From positions 1,798,001 through 1,862,000 of the forward strand of contig OZ176056.1 in assembly GCA_964247055.1 (NCBI GenBank): a stretch of DNA of 64,000 nt, written 5' to 3'. The position numbers and the translations under genes were made by a program. The notes beneath the pieces are model-generated. The model did no database searches. It saw only the letters and a program-made list of their open reading frames with translations, and was not told the DNA's origin. Numbering within the stretch: position 1 is the first letter of the stretch; the number at the start of each line of letters is the position of its first letter. This stretch comes from Paragordius varius. Lineage: Eukaryota > Animalia > Nematomorpha. This document shows positions 54,081-64,000 of this stretch, piece by piece.

Positions 54081-57000
54081 TATATAAAAGGATTGTATAT
54101 TTGATTACAAACATATTACTTATTGCAAATTCAGTAACAGACACGTTGGGTATTTTAGTGAGATTCTGCAAATTCAAAAATTTGAATTAGATAAATAATA
54201 ATGATTGCCTAATAAATATAATTATGCTAACAAAAAAGGAATATATAATAACTTGTATATTTTCTGAAATTCCTAATAATAAATATGTATAAAAATATAA
54301 AATATAAATCGATTGAAACAGCAAAACATTTAAAAATTCTCATTTTCCTTTTTAAAAATCTCTTATATTGTATGATTTAGAATCATACGATGTGCGGTTC
54401 TTTATAAAAATCGTATTTTAAAAAATATGAAATCAAGATTTGACAATGACTTTAAAAACCACCTGTATCAAAGACACTAAAACTAAAACCGAAATTAAAA
54501 TGAAACCATAAAAGTTTTTTTTTCAAAAAATATGTGGAAAAGTCAAAACAAAAAATCGATTATTCATATTTGGAAACAATTTAAAAAATAATCTAATATC
54601 AACCGTTGTGATACATATTTAAATATTTTTTTCGACAAAAGACTATATATATATACTTTGTTCAATGTCCGTTCTGGATTGATTAGTATTAGGTGAATTA
54701 TTGTCATCCGTGATCTCAATAACTAATTTACAATAAAATGTTAATCTATATGTAATATATATCAATTGACTTTTGCTAATATATCTTTGTTATAAAAAAA
54801 AATTTGTTTATATTAGTTAAGGATAAATATTAATATTCTGAAGTAATTAATAAAACAAAATTATAATCAAGTAAAAACAATATGTAATGTTTATCCTTAC
54901 CAAATACAATCTGTTTACAATATGCTATATAATTATATAAAAAAATTTATTAAACTTTGTATAGCACGGATCAATATATAAAAGCCGGTTTATTGGCTTT
55001 ATAATACAATTATTCGCAAACTTTTATCAATCTTTAAAAATATACCATTGCTCTTCAAATATTTTCTTGAAAACTTTAAATTCACCCTCAAGCATTTTAA
55101 ATAACTATAAAATGTTTTTAAATATCTTAAATTACATATATTTTAAAATAAAATCTGAATATTATTATTATATCCGGAAAAACAATGCCATTGAGGAATT
55201 ACGAATCAATTTAATAAGTTATTATGTATTTTTAAGACTTTTCGATAAAGTAAAACCCTCAAGGTAAGAGGTGTGAACTAAACTATCAAATCAATGTCAA
55301 TATTGAAAACTAATAAAACAATAATAATTTCAAATTTTTTGCATTTAATATAAAGTATAAATGGCTATTAATCAATGATAAAATGTTTGTTTTTTCATTT
55401 ACGCAAATAAGTTATTTATAAGCTTTCTACCAAATACCTAATTATAGGTTAGTTACTAATGTTAAACTACTTCTCGTTTTAATTATTTCATTGAAGTTTC
55501 AAATCGACTTTACGAATGCCTAAATACGAATGCGTTTCATCACATATAATGGATTTAGTTGTATTTGTTTAGCATTATAATATCAAATTCTATATTGTTC
55601 GCAATTTATAGAAACTCAAAATTTAGAAATTACTGCAGAGCTAAAGTCAAAAAGGGTTTTTGGTCGGATGTGAAGCAGAGACGTATTATTATAAAAACTG
55701 ACTGACTGTTTTTATATCTATTTACTAACGTTGTAAGGTGTGCGGCTAAAAAAGAAGCGAAAATTGCAAGCCTGCATGACGAATCTATACTCTAATAACT
55801 AATTAAAAGACTTTAACACGCAAAAAGGTAAGTTTTATTGTGAAAATCTAAGAATCTGTAAAATATTTTTAAAATTAATTGACATAATTTGCCATTTAAA
55901 GCAGTCAAAAAGGTTTAAAGGCACAAAATGGTGCAAATTACCTGTCGTTTGACTTAGTAGAATACATGCTATAAAATTATAAATTAATGTTCGCATAATA
56001 GGAATCATCATCATCGGAATATTTAATAAAATATTTTTTAAAAAAATATTTGGATATTCACGTAAAAAAACATTTTATAAGGTCAGTTATCTATAGTACA
56101 AGGTACGCTCCAGCTACAATGTAATATATAAACAAGATAACACACATTCTTTCTTAATAGTTATAACAGCCTAAGCAAAACAAAGTTAAATTACGTTTAG
56201 GATTAAAAATTATTTTGCATAAATACTTAGTGAACAATAATTTTAAAGGGATTTGTAAATCCGTGCGAATAACAAGTATTTAAGCAACAATATAAGTTTT
56301 TAAAATGAATAAATGTATAATTTGAAGAAAAAAACAACCTTTTTCACATTATTTCAGGTTAAATAAAATATATAAATACTTATTCCTGTAATATTTTAAT
56401 TTTAAATGTTACGATTATGCCATTTATTATTTAAATTTCGCTAATTATGGAACATAAATGTAAAAAGAATGGATTAACGACAACTGATTCCTTCAAAATG
56501 AAGGCAGTCAGCTCAGCTCAAAAATATCGTCAAATATTTTTAATAGAATTAAAAGCAAGACCATTACAGCCACCATATAATTAATAACAGTCATGTATCC
56601 TTTGTTTTATCAAAATTTTTTTTTTCGTTAAATGGGTATAAATATTTGGTAAAGAATGGAAAAAACAAGAGCTCTATGGTATTAACCATATAAAGAACTA
56701 ATATAGAGCTCTTGTTTTTTCCATTCTTTACCAAATATTTATGCCCATTTAACGAAAAAAATTTTTTTGATAAAATATTTTGGAATTCAAATCATATATT
56801 TAAAAATTGTTCGCATTAGTTAATAAAATTAAAAATTTTAAGAAATTGCCGGAACCAGTTAACCAATAAAACACATTCTATGTGAGAAATTTTTAAACCT
56901 TAAAAATACAATAAGATTTGGTCGTCGCATGAGATCAATTTAAAAACCAAAAGCAGATCCAGTATTCATCACATTACTATTGAAAAGCTGGACATACATA

Positions 57001-58353
57001 ACGAATTAAATAAATCCTATAAAAAATTTTCCAAACAAATATGTCAGACAAAATACCCAATTCTCAACTATTTTGAAGAAAATAAATTCTGAAATGCCTC
57101 TAATTGGCAATACACCAAAAACTCTCCTATTTCGGCCTAATTATGAAATAAAAAACTTTTTTTATAAAATTCAATGGTGAGAATTCTTATCACATCAGAA
57201 TTTAAATTAAACCTTTGTTTGCATTTAAATTTGAGTTTTGTAAAAATATATATGCAACTTAAACTTAAACAAACTATTTTGTAAACAAAATTCTGGGGTG
57301 ATATGTTAAGCATTATAAAATAATATAATAAAAGTTTTTTTATAATTTTTCAAAGCGTATTTACACCGTTTTCATCATGTATGTTTGAAAATGGCATGCA
57401 ATCCAGCTTCAACAACATTTTGCCATAATCTTAGTTTTAAAAAAACATTTTTCTAAAAACAAATTTTTTTAATGTCATAGATGTTCGATATTTTTGTAAC
57501 GCAATCTTCAGCATTATGCGTAATTTTAGGGGAACCATTCATTTTAGTAACTGTCAGTTTTTCGCAATCTAATGGTAAGACCCAAAACGAAAGCAACATA
57601 GAATTTCTTATCATTTTTTTATCAGAATAAATATAATTGGGTACTTTTTCATACCACCCCCAAATTTGTGGACATTTAAACTTTTTATTTACGATTTTAC
57701 AATAAAAATTATTTACAGATAAAACAAAAATTAAAAGACAAATAAATATTTAATAAGATAAGCAACTCTTTTAAAACTAGATAATTCCTACATAAACTAG
57801 AATTAATCTTTTAAGTTTATATGATCGTGGATAAATCGATATATCATACTTTGCAACACAAAACGGTGATTCTAAAATATGGTTAAGAATTATGGTAAAC
57901 TTTTCTAAAACTTATATGTTTTTAGTTTTTACATTTTGTTTACTGCATAATTTTAATTTTTAAAAATTTATTTATTTTTTAAATATATCTTGCCAATAAC
58001 TTTTAATTTGGTTAAAAAATTGAAGGTAGTATACGGAATCGCTGTCTGCCCTAATTAATTTATATCAAGATATCTAAACTATAATAAATAAAATAACCAC
58101 ACAATATTTGAATATTATATACGATTAAAATTATTTATTTTTTATTTTGTAAGGTGTTATGACCCCATATTTGGGGTTATATATGTATTATTTAATAAAA
58201 CATTAATAAATATTGGATATCAAAATAAATGTAATGGCTGCAAGTCTTTTGTAGTTTGTTTCGAGAGTTGGAGAATAAGATATGTGATAAAAATAAGAGT
58301 GAGAAAGGCAAATTGAAATCGTATGAAAAATGTGGTAATGCTATTAAGATGTT

Positions 58354-61300
58354 TGTTTTAGTTGTTAACGAGTTGAGAATTGATTGAAAACAGATTTTGC
58401 CGGACGGTTTATTGTATGACTTGGCTAACTTGGGTTTACTGTAAAGGACTAAACAGATTAACGTATTAATGTGTACATCCACTCATCACCGAAGCCCCCA
58501 TTCAGTAACAAGATAGACGGTGTTTTGGTTGTTAACGAATTGAGAATTGATTGAAAACAGATTTTGCCGGACGGTTTATTGTAAGATTTGTATAATTTGA
58601 GTTTACCGAAGGACTAAATAGATTAGTTATTTTTGCATCCACTCATCACCGAAGCCCCAATTCAGTAACAAGATAGACGGTGTTTTGGTTGTTAACGAGT
58701 TGAGAATTGATTGAAAACAGATTTCGCCGGACAGTTTATTGTAAGAATTAGCTAACTTGAGTTTACCGTAAAGGACTAAACAGATTAAAGTATTATTGTG
58801 TACATCCACTCATCACCGAAGCCCCAATTCAGTAACAAGATAACGGTGTTTTGGTTGTTAACGAATTGAGAATTGATTGAAAACAGATTTTGCCGGACGG
58901 TTTATTGTAAGATTTGGCTAACTTGAGTTTACTGTAAAGGACTAAACAGATTAAGGTATTATTGTGTACATCCACTCATCACCGAAGCCGCCATTCAGTA
59001 ACAAGATAGACGGTGTTTTGGTTGTTAACGAGTTGAGAATTGATTGAAAACAGATTTTGCCGGACGGTTTATTGTAAGATTTGGCTAACTTGAGTTTACT
59101 GTAAATGACTAAACAGATTAAAGTATCATTGTGTACATCCACTCATCACCGAAGCCCCAATTCAGTAACAAGATAGATGGTGTTTTAGTTGTTAACAAGT
59201 TGAGAATTGATTGAAAACAGATTTTGCCGGACGGTTTATTGTAAGACTTGGCTAACTTGAGTTTACTGTAAACAAAATAAAGTATTATTATGTACATCCA
59301 CTCATCACCGAAGCCCCAATTCAGTAACAAGATAGATGGAGTTTGGTTGTTAACGAATTGAGAATTGATTGAAAACAGATTTTGCCGGACGGTTTATTGT
59401 AAGATTTGGCTAACTTGAGTTTACTGTAAAGGACTAAACAGATTAAGGTATTATTGTGTACATCCACTCATCACCGAAGCCGCCATTCAGTAACAAGATA
59501 GACGGTGTTTTGGTTGTTAACGAGTTGAGAATTGATTGAAAACAGATTTTGCCGGACGGTTTATTGTAAGATTTGGCTAACTTGAGTTTACTGTAAATGA
59601 CTAAACAGATTAAAGTATTATTGTGTACATCCACTCATCACCGAAGCCCCAATTCAGTAACAAGATAGATGGTGTTTTAGTTGTTAACAAGTTGAGAATT
59701 GATTGAAAACAGATTTTGCCGGACGGTTTATTGTAAGACTTGGCTAACTTGAGTTTACTGTAAATGACTAAACAGATTAAAGTATCATTGTGTACATCCA
59801 CTCATCACCGAAGCCCCAATTCAGTAACGAGATAGACGGTGTTTTGGTTGTTAACGAGTTGAGAATTGATTAAAACAGATTTTGCCGGACGGTTTATTGT
59901 AAGACTTGGCTAACTTGAGTTTACTGTAAAGGACTAAACAGATTAAAGTATTATTGTGTACATCCACTCATCACCGAAGCCCCAATTCAGTAACAAGATA
60001 GACGGTGTTTTGGTTGTTAACGAATTGAGAATTGATTGAAAACAGATTTTGCCGGACGGTTTATTGTAAGATTTGGCTAACTTGAGTTTACTGTAAAGGT
60101 ATTATTGTGTACATCCACTCATCACCGAAGCCGCCATTCAGTAACAAGATAGACGGTGTTTTGGTTGTTAACGAGTTGAGAATTGATTGAAAACAGATTT
60201 TGCCGGACGGTTTATTGTAAGATTTGGCTAACTTGAGTTTACTGTAAATGACTAAACAGATTAAAGTATTATTGTGTACATCCACTCATCACCGAAGCCC
60301 CAATTCAGTAACAAGATAGATGGTGTTTTAGTTGTTAACAAGTTGAGAATTGATTGAAAACAGATTTTGCCGGACGGTTTATTGTAAGATTTGGCTAACT
60401 TGAGTTTACTGTAAAGGTATTATTGTGTACATCCACTCATCACCGAAGCCGCCATTCAGTAACAAGATAGACGGTGTTTTGGTTGTTAACGAGTTGAGAA
60501 TTGATTGAAAACAGATTTTGCCGGACGGTTTATTGTAAGATTTGGCTAACTTGAGTTTACTGTAAATGACTAAACAGATTAAAGTATTATTGTGTACATC
60601 CACTCATCACCGAAGCCCCAATTCAGTAACAAGATAGATGGTGTTTTAGTTGTTAACAAGTTGAGAATTGATTGAAAACAGATTTTGCCGGACGGTTTAT
60701 TGTAAGATTTGGCTAACTTGAGTTTACTGTAAAGGACTAAACAGATTAAAGTATTATTGTGTACATCCACTCATCACCGAAGCCCCAATTCAGTAACAAG
60801 ATAGACGGTGTTTTGGTTGTTAACGAGTTGAGAATTGATTGAAAACAGATTTTGCCGGACGGTTTATTGTAAGATTTGGCTAACTTGAGTTTACAGTAAA
60901 GGACTAAACAGATTAAAGTATTATTGTGTACATCCACTCATCACCGAAGCCCCAATTCAGTAACAAGATAGACGGTGTTTTGGTTGTTAACGAATTGAGA
61001 ATTGATTGAAAAAAGATTTTGCCGGACGGTTTATTGTAAGATTTGGCTAACTTGAGTTTACTGTAAATGACTAAACAGATTAAAGTATTATTGTGTACAT
61101 CCACTCATCACCGAAGCCCCAATTCAGTAACAAGATAGATGGTGTTTTAGTTGTTAACAAGTTGAGAATTGATTGAAAACAGATTTTGCTGGACGGTTTA
61201 TTGTAAGATTTGGCTAACTTGAGTTTACTGTAAAGGACTAAACAGATTAAAGTATTATTGTGTACATCCACTCATCACCGAAGCCCCAATTCAGTAACAA

Positions 61301-64000
61301 GATAGACGGTGTTTTGGTTGTTAACGAATTGAGAATTGATTGAAAACAGATTTTGCCGGACGGTTTATTGTAAGATTTGTATAATTTGAGTTTACTGAAA
61401 GGACTAAACAGATTAAAGTATTATTGTGTACATCCACTCATCACCGAAGCCCCAATTCAGTAACAAGATAGATGGTGTTTTAGTTGTTAACAAGTTGAGA
61501 ATTGATTGAAAACAGATTTTGCCGGACGGTTTATTGTAAGATTTGGCTAACTTGAGTTTACTGTAAATGACTAAACAGATTAAAGTATCATTGTGTACAT
61601 CCACTCATCACCGAAGCCCCAATTCAGTAACAAGATAGACGGTGTTTTGGTTGTTAACGAGTTGAGAATTGATTGAAAACAGATTTTGCCGGACGGTTTA
61701 TTGTAAGATTTGGCTAACTTGAGTTTACAGTAAAGGACTAAACAGATTAAAGTATTATTGTGTACATCCACTCATCACCGAAGCCCCAATTCAGTAACAA
61801 GATAGACGGTGTTTTGGTTGTTAACGAGTTGAGAATTGATTGAAAACAGATTTTGCCGGACGGTTTATTGTAAGATTTGGCTAACTTGAGTTTACTGTAA
61901 AGGACTAAACAGATTAAAGTATTATTGTGTACATCCACTCATCACCGAAGCCCCAATTCAGTAACAAGATAGACGGTGTTTTGGTTGTTAACGAGTTGAG
62001 AATTGATTGAAAACAGATTTTGCCGGACGGTTTATTGTAAGATTTGGCTAACTTGAGTTTACTGTAAAGGACTAAACAGATTAAAGTATTATTGTGTACA
62101 TCCACTCATCACCGCAGCCCCAATTCAGTAACAAGATAGACGGTGTTTTGGTTGTTAACGAGTTGAGAATTGATTGAAAACAGATTTTGCCGGACGGTTT
62201 ATTGTAAGATTTGGCTAACTTGAGTTTACTGTAAAGCACTAAACAGATTAAAGTATTATTGTGTACATCCACTCATCACCGCAGCCCCAATTCAGTAACA
62301 AGATAGACGGTGTTTTGGTTGTTAACGAGTTGAGAATTGATTGAAAACAGATTTTGCCGGACGGTTTATTGTAAAGACTTGGCTAACTTGAGTTTACTGT
62401 AAAGGACTAAACAGATTAAAGTATTATTGTGTACATCCACTCATCACCGAAGCCGCCCATCAGTAACAAGATAGATGGTGTTTTGGTTGTTAACGAGTTG
62501 AGAATTGATTGAAAACAGATTTTGCCGGACGGTTTATTGTAAGATTTGGCTAACTTGAGTTTACTGTAAAGGACTAAACAGATTAAAGTATTATTGTGTA
62601 CATCCACTCATCACCGCAGCCCCAATTCAGTAACAAGATAGACGGTGTTTTGGTTGTTAACGAGTTGAGAATTGATTGAAAACAGATTTTGCCGGACGGT
62701 TTATTGTAAGATTTGGCTAACTTGAGTTTACTGTAAAGGACTAAACAGATTAAAGTATTATTGTGTACATCCACTCATCACCGAAGCCCCAATTCAGTAA
62801 CAAGATAGACGGTGTTTTGGTTGTTAACGAGTTGAGAATTGATTGAAAACAGATTTTGCCGGACGGTTTATTGTAAGATTTGGCTAACTTGAGTTTACTG
62901 TAAAGGACTAAACAGATTAAAGTATTATTGTGTACATCCACTCATCACCGCAGCCCCAATTCAGTAACAAGATAGACGGTGTTTTGGTTGTTAACGAGTT
63001 GAGAATTGATTGAAAACAGATTTTGCCGGACGGTTTATTGTAAAATTTGGCTAACTTGAGTTTACTGTAAATGACTAAACAGATTAAAGTATTATTGTGT
63101 ACATCCACTCATCACCGAAGCCCCAATTCAGTAACAAGATAGACGGTGTTTTGGTTGTTAACGAGTTGAGAATTGATTGAAAACAGATTTTGCCGGACGG
63201 TTTATTGTAAGACTTGGCTAACTTGAGTTTACTGTAAACAAAATAAAGTATTATTATGTACATCCACTCATCACCGAAGCCTCAATTCAGTAACAAGATA
63301 GACGGTGTTTTGGTTGTTAACGAGTTGAGAATTGATTGAAAACAGATTTTGCCGGACGGTTTATTGTAAGACTTGGCTAACTTGAGTTTACTGTAAACAA
63401 AATAAAGTATTATTATGTACATCCACTCATCACCGAAGCCCCAATTCAGTAACAAGATAGATGGAGTTTTGGTTGTTAACGAGTTGAGAATTGATTGAAA
63501 ACAGACCGGACGGTTTATTGTAAGATTTGGCTAACTTGAGTTTACTGTAAAGGACTAAACAGATTAAAGTATTATTGTGTACATCCACTCATCACCGAAG
63601 CCCCAATTCAGTAACAAGATAGACGGTGTTTTGGTTGTTAACGAGTTGAGAATTGATTGAAAACAGATTTTGCCGGACGGTTTATTGTAAAGACTTGGCT
63701 AACTTGAGTTTACTGTAAAGGACTAAACAGATTAAAGTATTATTGTGTACATCCACTCATCACCGAAGCCGCCCATCAGTAACAAGATAGATGGTGTTTT
63801 GGTTGTTAACGAGTTGAGAATTGATTGAAAACAGATTTTGCCGGACGGTTTATTGTAAAGACTTGGCTAACTTGAGTTTACTGTAAAGAACTAAACAGAT
63901 TAAAGTATTATTGTGTACATCCACTCATCACCGAAGCCGCCATTCAGTAACAAGATAGATGGTGTTTTGGTTGTTAACGAGTTGAGAATTGATTGAAAAC
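58354..64000. repeat. ~167-bp satellite array 2 (>=34 monomers, runs off the window)
   Basis: Same monomer and orientation as array 1, but more homogeneous and with private variants. Confidence 0.98.

Larger units (their letters stand above)
41679..54722 (-). pseudogene. Micro-exon-rich multi-exon gene, copy B (paralog of copy A)
   Basis: Same exon series. Terminal exon 41679-41719 (EVLEQAIRNLKPE*, with an in-frame 6-nt deletion versus A). Eight consecutive in-frame exons 48699->47584. Exon 54657-54722 (IEITDDNNSPNTNQSRTDIEQ). Lesions: a MITE inside an apparent exon (51098-51330) and an acceptor CAG>CAA change at 43208. Confidence 0.75.
41595..58340 (+). repeat. Segmental/tandem duplication, copy B
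   Basis: Collinear with 100-22,300 in the same orientation. It lacks the LINE, both Tc1-like copies and the GGG-ended MITE, and has its own insertions. Confidence 0.95.

Overview
Very AT-rich eukaryotic genomic DNA with no prokaryote-style operons or CRISPR. The window holds two diverged tandem copies of one large unit (copy A ~100-22,300; copy B ~41,600-58,350). Each copy contains a minus-strand, multi-exon gene of unknown family built from many very small exons (6-66 nt). Many of these exons are symmetric phase-1 exons with conserved AG/GT ends and mostly synonymous differences between copies. Each copy is followed, at the gene's 5' side, by an array of a ~167-bp satellite (22,321-38,916 with nested higher-order repeats; 58,354 to the window end). 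The introns carry a decayed RTE-clade LINE, Tc1-like elements and several MITE families, and hAT remnants lie between the two units. The most notable small element is a ~0.9-kb insertion in copy B (46,358-47,265) with a target-site duplication, a 5' inversion and two tandem minimal type-I hammerhead ribozymes 455 nt apart (Penelope-derived, retrozyme-like). The repeated 62-63 aa ORFs in the track are satellite artefacts. All exon calls and translations were made by eye; identity values are visual estimates.
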